Assembly: GCA_963761425.1 (NCBI GenBank)
Contig: CAVXGQ010000004.1
Coordinates: 534,134-598,133 of the forward strand
DNA: 64,000 bases
Source of the DNA: an uncultured Acidimicrobiaceae bacterium
GTDB taxonomy: Bacteria; Actinomycetota; Acidimicrobiia; Acidimicrobiales; Bog-793
Direction: 5' to 3'
The position numbers were made by a program, and so were the translations under genes. How positions within the stretch are numbered: the first letter of the stretch is position 1; the number at the start of each line of letters is the position of its first letter. Under the pieces are notes generated by a model. It ran no database searches, was not told the origin of the DNA, and saw only the letters and a program-made list of their open reading frames with translations. Positions 1 to 10,240 of this stretch are shown piece by piece.

Positions 1-46
1 CGATCCAGTCCCTCTGCTTGGCGGGGGACCTGGAGCGGTTCTCGGG

Positions 47-502
47 TTGGAATCGGGGCCGTGCGCGATAAGGGGCGTCATGTCGGTCGCCGCCGGTGAC
101 GGTGCCCATCACCTGGGCGTGCCGTGCAACGATGCGCGCGTGGAGTCGACGAGGATTGACCGCTGGCTCTGGGCGGTACGGATCTTCCGGAGTCGCACCG
201 AGGCGACAGTGGCGTGTCGTGGCGGGCACGTGCGTCTCAACGGCGTCCGGGCGAAACCGGCGGCCAACGTCAAGGTGGGTGACCGGGTCACGGCCCGCGT
301 CCGGGGACGCGAACGGAGCCTCGAGGTCGTCGGGGTGATCGACCGGCGAGTCGGAGCCTCCATCGCCGCGTCGTGCTTCGTCGACCACACTCCTGCGCCG
401 CTGGCGGGGAGCGTCGAACCGGCGGCCTTTGTCCGAGATCCGGCGAGCGGTCGTCCGACCAAGAGAGATCGTCGCCGGCTGGACCGGCTGCGCGGGCGCT
501 GA
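47..502 (+). CDS. S4-domain RNA-binding protein (Hsp15-like)
   Basis: ORF 47..502. Motif RIDRWLWAVRIFRSRTEA..GGHVRLNG..KVGDRV is typical of the S4 RNA-binding domain. The real start is probably downstream (in-frame GTG at 140). Confidence 0.7.
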   Translation: MESGPCAIRGVMSVAAGDGAHHLGVPCNDARVESTRIDRWLWAVRIFRSRTEATVACRGGHVRLNGVRAKPAANVKVGDRVTARVRGRERSLEVVGVIDRRVGASIAASCFVDHTPAPLAGSVEPAAFVRDPASGRPTKRDRRRLDRLRGR

Positions 503-593
503 CCTCGTCTGGGTCTTGCCGGGAGCGAGCCCGGGTCGGGGCAGGGATTCTCGAGCCTGGTCGGGCAGAAGGGTCCGGAATCGGGGCGGTTCC

Positions 594-1256
594 TCAATGT
601 CGGAGCCGCGGGCCGGGACCGAGTGCTTCGGTCGGGCCGTTCCGGCGGTAGTTCGCGACACGGAAGAACGCCTCGGGGTCGGATCGCAGCACGAGTAGCA
701 GGTTGACCCAGATGTCGTCGAGCGGCAGCGTCGTGTGCGATCGCGGCACGACGCAGAGCGAGAACTCGCAACCATCGGTCCGCCGATACCGCAGGTTGTA
801 GAGCTCGCCGAGCTCGACCGTTCCGTCGACGACCGGCACCTCGAAACAGCCTCGCTCGTGCCACGAGGCGCGTTGGTAGGGGTCGAGGAGCGACTCCAGG
901 AGGTGGCGCGCCACCATCTGGCTCGGGGCCGAATGTGCCCGCGCCGCGCTTTCGGACCGTCGCCGGCTCGTTGTCCAGGTCGCCGGCGCCATCTCATGCC
1001 CGAGTCGGTAACGATTCCTTTCCGCGTGCACCAACGACACTCGAAGCTGGTCGTCGATCTCACAGGGTCCAACGACGTCAGTGGCCCGGGGACACCTCGA
1101 CCCCCGGTATTCGGAGACCAGAACGAGAAGCTCCCCGTCGTGGTCGCCACCGACGACTTCGACGAGGAGACCACTTCCGGGAAGCTCCTCCAACGGGTGC
1201 AGCGACGGCAACTCATCCGCCTTGGAGGGGGCGCACCCAGATGATCTCGTCGGCAT
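594..1256 (-). CDS. hypothetical protein
   Basis: ORF 594..1256. Third-codon-position G+C sampled over 1083..1140 is high in this frame. No motif recognised. The start is uncertain (internal Met candidates) and it overlaps the upstream 74-aa ORF by 44 nt. Confidence 0.4.
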   Translation of the reverse strand: MPTRSSGCAPSKADELPSLHPLEELPGSGLLVEVVGGDHDGELLVLVSEYRGSRCPRATDVVGPCEIDDQLRVSLVHAERNRYRLGHEMAPATWTTSRRRSESAARAHSAPSQMVARHLLESLLDPYQRASWHERGCFEVPVVDGTVELGELYNLRYRRTDGCEFSLCVVPRSHTTLPLDDIWVNLLLVLRSDPEAFFRVANYRRNGPTEALGPGPRLRH

Positions 1257-1437
1257 CCGGATGGAACTCGGTTACCCGCGTGGTGGCGGTTTGAGAACCG
1301 TTCCGTTCAAAGGCCAGCTTGCCCTCGCTCACAAGCTCGTCGAACAGGCGCGCCGCATTGGCGAGCGCCTCGTCGTCGCTCAGGTCCCAGGAGACCTCGG
1401 TGTCCCCGCTGCTGTTCAAGATGCGCATGACGCCCAT
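1213..1437 (-). CDS. hypothetical small acidic protein (74 aa)
   Basis: ORF 1213..1437. Protein-like composition (MRILNSSGDTEVSWDLSDDEALANAARLFDELV...) rather than the Arg/Gly/Pro-rich shadow-ORF type. No family recognised. Confidence 0.5.
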   Translation of the reverse strand: MGVMRILNSSGDTEVSWDLSDDEALANAARLFDELVSEGKLAFERNGSQTATTRVTEFHPDADEIIWVRPLQGG

Positions 1438-1758
1438 CGTCGGTCCCTTTCTGTCGGATCGCGCTATCGAACACCTGTTCGATTGTCAGTGCAAGAGGAA
1501 ATCGCCTGGAGGGGTTTCAACCTGCCCGGATGCGCCGGGCGTTCGGTCGACATCGACGGGTGCCGGGGTGAGCGAGCCGGAATGCAGGTCATCGCCGAGC
1601 GAGCGCGAGGGAAAAGGAGATGGTCATCCCGGTCGTGCCGGTGACCACATCCCGGCGCGTCGGGTTCGATCGCGTGTACCGTTCGCTCACACCCTGTGCA
1701 AGGAGTGCCCGGGGATCGTCATCTCCGGAGATCGTCATCTGATGAACAAGGGGGCTCG

Positions 1759-2202
1759 ATGGCCGAAGTCAAGTTTGATGCCGCTCGATGGTCCAGGAAC
1801 GACCGCATCGTGGGGGTCGCGACCTTGGTGCTGTTCATTTCGCTGTTCTTGGACTGGTTTGGCTGGACCTTTGCCGGGTTCGGCTACAGCTGGGACGGAC
1901 TGACGGCACACGGGTACCTCTACATCGTCCTGATTCTCTGCCTTGCCCTCCTCATCTATCTGGTCATTCGAGCGAGCTACGAGGAGATGCCGTTCAAGTT
2001 GCCATTCGCCCACGACTCGCTTCTGTTCGTCGGGACGGCGATCAACTTTGTCCTCGTTCTGATTGCGTTTCTCGACAAGCCGGGCTACTCGGGACTTGGG
2101 TGGCGTTACGGGGCCTTCATCGCCCTCGTCGCCGCGATTGTGGCGGTCGCCCCCTTTGTGGCCCCCTTCGTCAAGCAGCTCCAGGGCTCGAAGTCCTCGT
2201 AG
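1759..2202 (+). CDS. integral membrane protein (about 4 TM helices)
   Basis: ATG at 1759 is preceded by AAGGGGG. Hydrophobic segments include VGVATLVLFISLFLDWF, YLYIVLILCLALLIYLVI, LLFVGTAINFVLVLIAFL and FIALVAAIVAVAPFVAPF. Confidence 0.65.
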   Translation: MAEVKFDAARWSRNDRIVGVATLVLFISLFLDWFGWTFAGFGYSWDGLTAHGYLYIVLILCLALLIYLVIRASYEEMPFKLPFAHDSLLFVGTAINFVLVLIAFLDKPGYSGLGWRYGAFIALVAAIVAVAPFVAPFVKQLQGSKSS

Positions 2203-2587
2203 CAAGCAGTCGGCGCCCAGTGCGTCGCCAGTCCATCGAACTTTGAATAGGGCCAGAGGAGTAGGCGCGCCCAGGCGTCTGCTCCTCTGGCCGAACGACA
2301 CTCGGCCAGCCGACGTCCACCTCGAACTACGGCTCGGCTACGTACCACGGCTTACCCCGCGCCCCGCGCCGAGTTGGCGAAGGCGTTCTGGGGCGGGTCG
2401 GTGGAGCTGGCCCGAGGGAAGGCCCGACGCGCGATCGCGCCGTTCCGCGAACCCCCGAGGCGACGCTGGGGCCGATGCCATTCTGAGAAGTCGCCCGGCA
2501 ACCGATCCTCGGGAACGTCGCCGCCGGGTCAGCCGGCCTGTCGGGCCGCACCAGCACGTCCCTCGGTCCTGCGATGCGGTGGGCAGT

Positions 2588-3661
2588 TCATCGCGGGTCG
2601 CGAGCGCCTCGGGAACGGTGCAGGTCGTCGCAGGCGGCCTCGTCGATCCGTGTCAGCTCGCTGGTCGCGCTGGTGGGCAACGGCAGGGGGATGGCCGCCG
2701 GGTCAGGCGGGGGCTCGTCGGACGACACCGGGATGGATTGGCCCCGACGGCTCCCCGCCTCGGAGCGAGCGCGGGTGAATCCACCCTGGGAGATAGCCAC
2801 ACCGAGGAGCACGACGATCGCGCCGACGGGCTCGTTCCAGACGAGCACCTCGCCGAGCACGGTGATTCCCAGCACGGTAGAGAAGATGGTGATGAGGTAG
2901 GTGACGAGCGAAGCGTTCGTGGCGCCCGCCTCGCGAATGATCGAGTAGTTGATGACGTAGGCCACCCCGGTCCCGAAGGCGCCGAGGGCCAGGACGCTCA
3001 GGACGCTCACCGTGCTGACGTGTAGGGGCACCTTCGCAAGCCACGGGGCGACGAGGGCCATCTCGACGGTTGCCGCGATGAGCTGGCCTGCCGCCAGCCC
3101 CGTCGGCGAGGCGGACGATCGGGTGATGAACCTCCGCGCATAGGGCATTCCGAGTCCGTAGCAGGCGGAGGCGCTCAGACACGCCAGGTCGCCGGACAGG
3201 TGACCCCCCGAGAGCCCGCTCCAGGCGCCGAGGACGATGACGACCCCGACAAAACCGACGAACAGGCCAGTCACCTTGGCCCAGGTCGCCTTCTCGAAAG
3301 AAAGCATCACGAGAGATACGGGGAAGACGAACAGCGGTGTCGTCGCGTTCCAGATGCCTGCGGCGAGGGAGGGAATCCGCACCTCGCCCCAGGCGATCAG
3401 GGTGAACGGCACGGCGTTCAAGAGCAATCCGGCTACCGCCAGGTGTCCCCACAGGCGCAGCCCCCGCGGCAATGGATGTCGGGACACCACCAGGAGGCCG
3501 ACGAGGATGAGCGCGCCGATCGCGATCCGGACCGACGCGACATCGAAGGGAGCGAAAGAGCGGTCGCCGACCTTGATGAAAAGAAAGCTTGTGCCCCAGA
3601 TCGCGCTGAGAAGGACCGCTCGCGCCTGCCATGACCACCGGATGGACCGGAGAGAACCCAC
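2588..3661 (-). CDS. DMT/EamA-family transporter
   Basis: About 10 hydrophobic helices in two EamA-like halves (LLSAIWGTSFLFIKV ... GTGVAYVINYSIIREAGATNASLVTYLITIFSTVLG). Proline-rich C-terminal tail. Confidence 0.8.
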   Translation of the reverse strand: MGSLRSIRWSWQARAVLLSAIWGTSFLFIKVGDRSFAPFDVASVRIAIGALILVGLLVVSRHPLPRGLRLWGHLAVAGLLLNAVPFTLIAWGEVRIPSLAAGIWNATTPLFVFPVSLVMLSFEKATWAKVTGLFVGFVGVVIVLGAWSGLSGGHLSGDLACLSASACYGLGMPYARRFITRSSASPTGLAAGQLIAATVEMALVAPWLAKVPLHVSTVSVLSVLALGAFGTGVAYVINYSIIREAGATNASLVTYLITIFSTVLGITVLGEVLVWNEPVGAIVVLLGVAISQGGFTRARSEAGSRRGQSIPVSSDEPPPDPAAIPLPLPTSATSELTRIDEAACDDLHRSRGARDPR

Positions 3662-4020
3662 CTCACGCCTCCGGCGGGTGGTGGGCGCGCCCGTCTCTTC
3701 GTGGTACCGCGGGCGCCAAGGCCTTCCCCGTCATGCGAACACCGTCCAAGAACCGCTGCGATCCCGGCGGATCCCGGCTGCGAGGCGTCACGACAGACGG
3801 CTGTGGCGAACGCGGAACCTCGCCACCAGGACCTGGTCTGATCCTACGGGATCCGCCGAGAAGTCCAGGTGGCCCGACCCCGCTCCGTGTCGGGGTCGAG
3901 GCGGGTGTATCGGTCCCTCTGGACGGTTTCCACGGGTTCGTCCAACATGGGACCAGGCGAAGATGTGCGTCCCGGCGACTGACGCTGGAATTTCTATCGC
4001 CGGATTGCGAGGAGACGAGG

Positions 4021-4404
4021 ATGATCGATGCCACCGTGAAGGCCCTTGCCCAGGGGAAGAACTTCGCCGCCATGACAACGATGTTGCCGAGCGGTCGGCC
4101 GATGACCCACGTCATGTGGGTCGATGCGGATGACGACTACGTGCTCATCAACACCGAGGTGCACCGTACCAAGTTCAAGAACGTGGAGCGGAACCCGGTT
4201 GCCACCGTGACGGTGATCGACGCGTCCAACCCTTACCACTACGCGGAGATTCGAGGCCGGGTCGTGGAGCGGATCCGGGGCCCCGAGGCCCGGGCCCACA
4301 TCGACCGGCTCGCGCGCAAGTACACGGGCGCGCCTTACGCCAACAAGATCGAGAGCGAGCGCGTGATTCTGAAGATCGCTCCGGATCGCCAGGTCGTCCG
4401 CTAG
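4021..4404 (+). CDS. PPOX-class (pyridoxamine 5'-phosphate oxidase-like / F420-dependent) protein
   Basis: ATG at 4021. Sequence KNFAAMTTMLPSGRPMTHVMWVDADDDYVLINT...NPVATVTVID...YAEIRGRV is typical of the split-barrel PPOX family. Confidence 0.75.
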   Translation: MIDATVKALAQGKNFAAMTTMLPSGRPMTHVMWVDADDDYVLINTEVHRTKFKNVERNPVATVTVIDASNPYHYAEIRGRVVERIRGPEARAHIDRLARKYTGAPYANKIESERVILKIAPDRQVVR

Positions 4405-4777
4405 CGAATCTGGCGACCCGCCTGCGGTGGCGGGACGCGGCTCCGGCGGGCGATCCCACGCCATGAATCGGACGAACGGTGGTCGGCTAGGGGAACGGCG
4501 GAGCCGGACTCCCGAGGCCGACCGCCCGACGGTCGGAGCGCGCCGGGTGAGAGAAACCGATGGGGCCCCGGGTCAAAGATACGGCCTTCCCACGGGAAAC
4601 CCGCGAACCGGCGGTTGGTGGCCGCAGAACCTGCGTGTTCGCTCTTCGGGGCCAGGACCGGCGCCCGGTAATCGATCCGGCCGTGGCAGGCGGCTCGCCA
4701 AACGTCAGATGTGTCTCGCCGGTGACAACGGACGTCAGTCTCGCCGTCCGGATCCGTCCGGTCGATACGCTCGACCT

Positions 4778-5188
4778 ATGGACATCCTCGAGGCAACGCA
4801 GTTCATCGCCGAGAACCACCGCGCGGTGTTCGCGACCACCGGGTCGGACGGAAAGATCCAGCTCTCGCCGGTCACCGCCGGCGTCGATGACGATGGGCAC
4901 GTGGTCGTCAGCTCACGCGAGACGGCGATGAAGACGGTCAACGTCAAACGAACGCCGTACGCGTCGCTGTGCGTCTTCACCGAGCAGTTCTTCGGTCGAT
5001 GGGTGCAGGTCGAAGGTGAGATCGAGGTGGTGACGCTGCCGGAAGCAATGGATGGTCTTATCGCCTACTACCGGACGATCTCGGGCGAGCATCCGGACTG
5101 GGATGAGTATCGGGCGGCGATGGAAAAGGACCGCCGCGTGCTCCTCCGGATGACGGTACGACGCGCCGGACCGAACCGATCGGGCTGA
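4778..5188 (+). CDS. PPOX-class F420-dependent oxidoreductase family protein
   Basis: ATG at 4778, in frame with ORF 4427..5188. Sequence NHRAVFATTGSDGKIQLSPV....TPYASLCVFTEQFFGRWVQVEGEIEVV. The 117 upstream in-frame codons are Arg/Gly-rich and unlikely to be coding. Confidence 0.75.
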   Translation: MDILEATQFIAENHRAVFATTGSDGKIQLSPVTAGVDDDGHVVVSSRETAMKTVNVKRTPYASLCVFTEQFFGRWVQVEGEIEVVTLPEAMDGLIAYYRTISGEHPDWDEYRAAMEKDRRVLLRMTVRRAGPNRSG

Positions 5189-5246
5189 CGCGGGTCGCAA
5201 AGCAGTCCTAGCGTCCGAGGTGGGAAGGCAAGGAAAGGAAGAGGTG

Positions 5247-6254
5247 ATGTCGGAGCTATCGACGCGAGGGTTGGGCGAGACGGGTATGGAGATCACCCGG
5301 GTTGGCTTCGGGTCGTGGGCCGCGGGCGGGGGAGGGTGGAGGTTCGGCTGGGGCCCGCAGGACGACGCGGCCTCGATCGCCGCGATCCGCCACACGGTCG
5401 AGCTCGGCGTCAACTGGATTGACACGGCCGCCGCCTACGGCCTCGGCCACAGCGAGGAGGTCGTCGCCGCGGCACTGGAAGGTTTCGCGCCCGCCGACCG
5501 CCCTTTCGTGTTCACCAAGGGCGGCACCATCCCGGACCCGAACGACCCGATGGCCACACCGGGTCATGTCGGCGAACCGTCGAGCCTGCGGCGCGAGGTG
5601 GAAGCCAGCCTGCGCAGGCTGCGGGTCGAGCGCATCGACCTGTACCAGATGCACTGGCCGGCGGAGGACGGAACCCCGCTCCAGGCCTACTGGGAGGTCT
5701 TCTTAGAGCTGCGCGAAAAGGACCTGATCGCCGCGGCGGGACTTTCGAACCACGGGGTCGCGCTGCTCGAGGCCGCCGAAGCCCTCGGCCACGTCGACTC
5801 GGTCCAGCCGCCCTATTCGCTCCTCAAACGGGGTGCCGGAGCCGACGTCATCCCCTGGTGCGCCGCCCACCGGACCGGCGTGATCGTGTACAGCCCGATG
5901 CAGTCGGGGCTGCTCTCCGGGACGTTCAGCGAGGCCCGTGCCGCGGCGCTCGCCCCGGACGACTGGCGGCTGAAGAGCCCGGACTTCTCCGGTGTGGAGC
6001 TGGAAAAGAACCTCGCGCTGGCCGATGCCCTGCGTCCGGTCGCAGACCGGCTCCGCACCTCGGTCGGCGCCGTTGCCATCGCCTGGACCCTCGCCACGCC
6101 GGGGGTGTCGGGCGCGATCGTCGGGGCGCGTAGCCCAGCGCAGGTTGACGGGTGGTTCGCCGCGGCCAGCCTCACGCTCGGCCCCGAGGACCTCGCCGAG
6201 ATCACCGCGGCAGTGGAGCGGACCGGCGCGGGCGAGGGCCCGACCGGCCCGTAG
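5247..6254 (+). CDS. aldo/keto reductase
   Basis: ATG at 5247 follows GGAAAGGAAGAGG. Motifs GFGSWA, GVNWIDTAAAYGLGHSEEVV, IDLYQMHWP and PPYSLL match the AKR family. Confidence 0.85.
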   Translation: MSELSTRGLGETGMEITRVGFGSWAAGGGGWRFGWGPQDDAASIAAIRHTVELGVNWIDTAAAYGLGHSEEVVAAALEGFAPADRPFVFTKGGTIPDPNDPMATPGHVGEPSSLRREVEASLRRLRVERIDLYQMHWPAEDGTPLQAYWEVFLELREKDLIAAAGLSNHGVALLEAAEALGHVDSVQPPYSLLKRGAGADVIPWCAAHRTGVIVYSPMQSGLLSGTFSEARAAALAPDDWRLKSPDFSGVELEKNLALADALRPVADRLRTSVGAVAIAWTLATPGVSGAIVGARSPAQVDGWFAAASLTLGPEDLAEITAAVERTGAGEGPTGP

Positions 6255-7725
6255 CCTCACTCGCCGGTCCGAGGTGCACCGGCGCCGGGCCGGCGGCGAC
6301 GCTGGTCGCGGCGAGGGCGGCCAGGAGGTAGGCGACGCACGAGGTGGCCGCCTTGACCGCGGGGAGGTGGAGGCACTCGTCGGGTCCGTGGGCGTTCGAT
6401 CCCGGGCCGAGCACCCCCGTGGTGACGAACTGGGCCGCCGGGCACCGGCGCGCGAGCGACGTCACGAAGGGGATCGATCCGCCGATTCCGAACGCGCGCG
6501 GCGGCTCGCCAAAGTAACGGACCGAGGCGTCGGTCACCGCCCCGTCGAGCCAGGGGTCGAGCTCCGGCGCCACCCAGCCGGCGGAGGTCTGGTCGATCCG
6601 GAGCGAGACGGTGGCGCCCGAGGGGGGATCGTCGGTCAGCGCGGCGCGCAGCGCCTCCGTCACCGCCACGGCATCGGCCGTCGGCGGGGTCCGCAGCGAG
6701 ATCTTCAGCGTGGTCGAAGGACGGAGCACGTTGCCGGCAGCGTCGATCGGCGGCAGGCCCTCGGCGCCGGTGACCTCGAGCGCGGCCCGCCACAGGAGGC
6801 GCACCAGGCGCGAGCTCGCCTCCCCGCCTTCGAGCTCGACCCCGGCAAGGACGGGGAAATGCCCCGCCGCGTCGTCCCCGAACTCCGCGGCGACCTCTTC
6901 GATCTCCCGCAACCGACCGGCGGGGATCTCGAGGTCGCAACCGGGCAGGAGCACGTCGCCGGTGGAGGCGTCCTCGATCCGGTCGAGCAGCTGGCGCAGG
7001 ACGCGGAACGACGATGGCACGATGCCGCCGGCCATTCCACTGTGGACGCCCTCGGTCATCACGTCGGCCCGCAGCGCCGCGTTGATCACACCGCGCAGCG
7101 ACGTCGTGATCCAGAGCCGGTCGTAGCTCGCGCAGCCCGAGTCGAGGCTGACGACCAGCGCCAACGAACTGATCCGTTCGCCGAGGGCGTCGAGGTAGGC
7201 GTCGAGGTCCGAGCTGCCGCTCTCCTCGCTCGCCTCGATGAGAACGAGGACCCGTCCGTGCGGCGCGCCCACCGTCTCGAGGGCCTCGAGAGCGCCGAGC
7301 GCCGCGAACATCGCGTAACCGTCGTCGGCGGTTCCCCGGCCGTACAGGCAGTCGTCGACGCGCACGGCGTGGAATGGGCCGAGTCCTTCCCGCCAATCGC
7401 CGAGCGGTGGCTGCTTGTCGAGGTGGCCATAGACGAGGGCGGTCGGCGCCTGGGAATCCGCGGTCGGACCCACCTCAACGAGCACGCACGGCGTGCGGCC
7501 GGGGAGCTTCACGACCTCGGCCGTGCAGCTAGCGAGCGCCCGTCGCGCCGCCCACGCCCTGAAGAACTCCGCGGCTCGGTCGATCGCCCCGTTGGCTGCC
7601 CAGTCCGGGTCGAACTCCGGCGACAAACAGGGGATCCCCACGTACTCGGAGAGCGAGGCGATGGCGTCGTCCTCCCAGTGCCGCTCGACGAGCGGCACGA
7701 TTCTCGACAGATCTGAAGTGTTCAA
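6202..7725 (-). CDS. M20-family metallopeptidase (dipeptidase-like)
   Basis: Motifs LVYGHLDKQPP, GRGTADDGYAMFA and LIEASEESGS are M20 metal-ligand motifs. Start proposed at the TTG at 7725, downstream of GGAAAGG. The ORF-track start at 7995 adds an Arg/Pro-rich extension overlapping glmU. The 3' end overlaps the convergent AKR gene by about 50 nt. Confidence 0.8.
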   Translation of the reverse strand: MNTSDLSRIVPLVERHWEDDAIASLSEYVGIPCLSPEFDPDWAANGAIDRAAEFFRAWAARRALASCTAEVVKLPGRTPCVLVEVGPTADSQAPTALVYGHLDKQPPLGDWREGLGPFHAVRVDDCLYGRGTADDGYAMFAALGALEALETVGAPHGRVLVLIEASEESGSSDLDAYLDALGERISSLALVVSLDSGCASYDRLWITTSLRGVINAALRADVMTEGVHSGMAGGIVPSSFRVLRQLLDRIEDASTGDVLLPGCDLEIPAGRLREIEEVAAEFGDDAAGHFPVLAGVELEGGEASSRLVRLLWRAALEVTGAEGLPPIDAAGNVLRPSTTLKISLRTPPTADAVAVTEALRAALTDDPPSGATVSLRIDQTSAGWVAPELDPWLDGAVTDASVRYFGEPPRAFGIGGSIPFVTSLARRCPAAQFVTTGVLGPGSNAHGPDECLHLPAVKAATSCVAYLLAALAATSVAAGPAPVHLGPASEATGRSGPRPRRSAPLPR

Positions 7726-7925
7726 TGGAGTGCACCTTTCCGGGCGGGGGACGGTTGGTGGCGCCGGTCGCGGTCGTCCTGCCTCGATGCTGCCAGGGCC
7801 CGAGGGCCGCCGGTCACCCGCCGGACCCCGGGGCGCCCCGGCCCAGGGTTCGGCTTCGAGGATCGTGCTATCACGACGCCAGTTGTAGCGCAGCACGGCT
7901 CTGGTCCTTCGGCGAGAATGGGCCC

Positions 7926-9035
7926 ATGGCGCGTCGCCCGCTCTCCGCGATCGTCCTCGCCGCCGGCGAGGGGACTCGGATGCGTTCGGCGACACCGAAA
8001 CCCCTCCACCCGCTGTGTGGCCGCCCGATGGTGCTGCACGTGCTCGACGCCCTGGCTGGGTTGCCGATTGAACGAGTCGTTGTGGTCGTCGGCTATGGGT
8101 CCGTCGAGGTCGTCAAGGCCGTCCAGGCCGGGGCGCCCTCGGAGCTGCGGATCGAATTCGTGGAGCAATCCCGGCCTTTGGGGACCGGCGACGCCGCCGC
8201 GGTCGCGCTCACCGGCTTCGAAGCCGGTGCTGACCTGAGGGACGGCGACCTGGTGATCCTGCCGGGGGACACCCCGCTGCTGCGCCCGGCGACCCTGGCG
8301 GAACTGGTGCGCACCCATCGGCAACTCGGCGCCGCGGCGACCTTGCTCACGGCCCGGATCGCCGATCCGACCGGCTACGGCCGCGTCGTCCGTTCCAAAA
8401 GCGGGAACGTCGCACGCATCGTCGAGCACGCCGACGCGGACGAAGGAGAACTCGCCATCGACGAGGTCGCAACTTCGATCTACTGCTTCCGACACGGCGT
8501 GCTGGCGCCGACGCTGCGCCGCCTGTCGCCCGCCAACGCCCAGGGCGAGTACTACCTCAGCGACACGATCGCCGTTCTCGACGCGGCGGGCTACCGGGTC
8601 GCAACCGTGGTGGCCCAGTATCCCGCCGAGGCGGCGGGTGTCAACGACCGGTTGCAACTCGCCGAGGCGGAGGCGGTTCTGCGGCGGCGCCTGAACGAGC
8701 GGTGGATGCGACGGGGTGTGACGATGATCGACCCTGGCCACACCTACCTCGATGCGGGGGTGGAACTGGCCGCGGAGGTCGTCCTGGCGCCCGGAGTCAT
8801 CCTCGAGGGCAGGACCGTGGTAGCCGAGGCGGCCGTTATCGGACCGGGCTGCCACTTGGTCGACTGCGTGGTCGGGCCCGCCGCCAAGATCGTCCAGACC
8901 GTGGCGCGCAACGCCACCGTCGGCGCGGGCGCGGTCGTCGGCCCCTTCGTATTCCTCGACGAGGGAAGCCAGGTCGCGGCCCATACGACGACGGGTCCCT
9001 ATTTCATGATCGAATTTGACGACGAACGCGAGTGA
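7926..9035 (+). CDS. glmU: GlmU-like sugar-1-phosphate uridylyltransferase with a short left-handed beta-helix (369 aa)
   Basis: ATG at 7926. N-terminal motif AIVLAAGEGTRMRS..PKPLHPLCGRPMV, then VNDRLQLAEAE and hexapeptide repeats. It sits directly upstream of prs, as glmU does in actinobacteria. It ends well before where the acetyltransferase catalytic region normally lies. Confidence 0.75.
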   Translation: MARRPLSAIVLAAGEGTRMRSATPKPLHPLCGRPMVLHVLDALAGLPIERVVVVVGYGSVEVVKAVQAGAPSELRIEFVEQSRPLGTGDAAAVALTGFEAGADLRDGDLVILPGDTPLLRPATLAELVRTHRQLGAAATLLTARIADPTGYGRVVRSKSGNVARIVEHADADEGELAIDEVATSIYCFRHGVLAPTLRRLSPANAQGEYYLSDTIAVLDAAGYRVATVVAQYPAEAAGVNDRLQLAEAEAVLRRRLNERWMRRGVTMIDPGHTYLDAGVELAAEVVLAPGVILEGRTVVAEAAVIGPGCHLVDCVVGPAAKIVQTVARNATVGAGAVVGPFVFLDEGSQVAAHTTTGPYFMIEFDDERE

Positions 9036-9053
9036 GGATCGAGAAAGGGGCAG

Positions 9054-10028
9054 GTGATGGAGCTCGTGCCGCGACGGCGCCTCGAGTTGTTCAGCGGGAG
9101 ATCGCACCCGGAGCTCGCGCGGGAGATAGCCGACAACCTCGGGATCGCGCTCGGTGAGGCGAACCTGCGCGATTTTGCCGATGGACAGATCCACTGCCGT
9201 TATGACGCCTCGATCCGCGGTTCGGATGTCTTCATCATCCAGACCCACAGCCATCCGGTGAACGACTCGATCATGGAGCAGTTGATCATGATCGACGCCG
9301 CCAAACGCGCCTCGGCCCACCGGATCACCGCGGTCTGCCCGTACTACGGCTACTCTCGCCAGGACCGGAAGTCGATCGGCCGCGAACCGATCACGGCGAA
9401 GCTCATCGCGGATCTGATCTCTGCGGCGGGGGCGGATCGTGTGGTCAGCGTTGACCTGCACTCGGGCCAGATCCAGGGATTCTTCAACTTCCCCGTCGAC
9501 CACCTCACCGCACTGCCGGTGCTCTGCGACTACCTCGCCGAGCGCGATCCTCACGATCTCGTCGTCGTGTCGCCCGATGCCGGTCGGGTGAAGGTCGCCG
9601 AGCGGTTCAGCCAGCAACTCGGCACCGACCTCGCCTTCGTGCACAAACGGCGCCTGACGAGCACGGCGAACAGCGTCGAGGCCCGTGAGGTGATCGGTGT
9701 CGTGAAGGATCGCCGTTGCGTGATCATCGACGACCTCATCGACACCGGGGGGACGGTCATCGCCGCCGCCGAACGCCTGAGGAACGCCGGAGCGACCGAC
9801 GTGTGGGCGATGGCGACGCACGCCGTGCTCTCGGATCCTGCGCTCGAGCGGTTGAAGGCGGACACGATCAGCCGGGTCATCGTGACCAACACGCTGCCGC
9901 TACCCAAGGAGCGGTTGATCGACAAGGTCGAGGTGCTCTCCGTGGCGCCGGTGATCGCGGCCGCCATCGACGCGGTGTTCGAGGACACCTCGGTCTCGGG
10001 CATCTTCGGGGGGAACAACCTGTCCTGA
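9054..10028 (+). CDS. prs: ribose-phosphate diphosphokinase
   Basis: Motifs LFSGRSHPELA, YYGYSRQDRK, DLHSGQIQGFF and IIDDLIDTGGT are classic Prs motifs. Start is GTG 9054 or ATG 9057. Confidence 0.92.
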   Translation: MMELVPRRRLELFSGRSHPELAREIADNLGIALGEANLRDFADGQIHCRYDASIRGSDVFIIQTHSHPVNDSIMEQLIMIDAAKRASAHRITAVCPYYGYSRQDRKSIGREPITAKLIADLISAAGADRVVSVDLHSGQIQGFFNFPVDHLTALPVLCDYLAERDPHDLVVVSPDAGRVKVAERFSQQLGTDLAFVHKRRLTSTANSVEAREVIGVVKDRRCVIIDDLIDTGGTVIAAAERLRNAGATDVWAMATHAVLSDPALERLKADTISRVIVTNTLPLPKERLIDKVEVLSVAPVIAAAIDAVFEDTSVSGIFGGNNLS

Positions 10029-10240
10029 GAATCGCGCCCCGGTTGGCACCCTCCGCAACCGTCGGGCGTGCCGGGGCGCCGGGGTCTTGGTCCCCGTATT
10101 CGGGCGGCCTCCCCCGTCCCGCCCGGTGTGGCGGTTCGCCTAGACTTCCCGGTGCAAACAGCCGTGATGGCCCACCTTGGGTGGCCAAACGCGGATGCCG
10201 CCGTGATCGAGTGGCCTATCGGCCCGAGGAGCGCGTCAAC

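Noticed and set aside
4405-4777. A 373-nt G+C-rich spacer between the two PPOX paralogues as a riboswitch or RNase P gene. The minus strand contains GGGAGTCCGGCTCC, reminiscent of the P4 5' strand.
   Set aside because: The motif lies at the wrong end of the spacer, with only ~90 nt before the neighbouring CDS. No matching 3' P4 strand or cobalamin B12-box was found. It is left as unexplained intergenic DNA.
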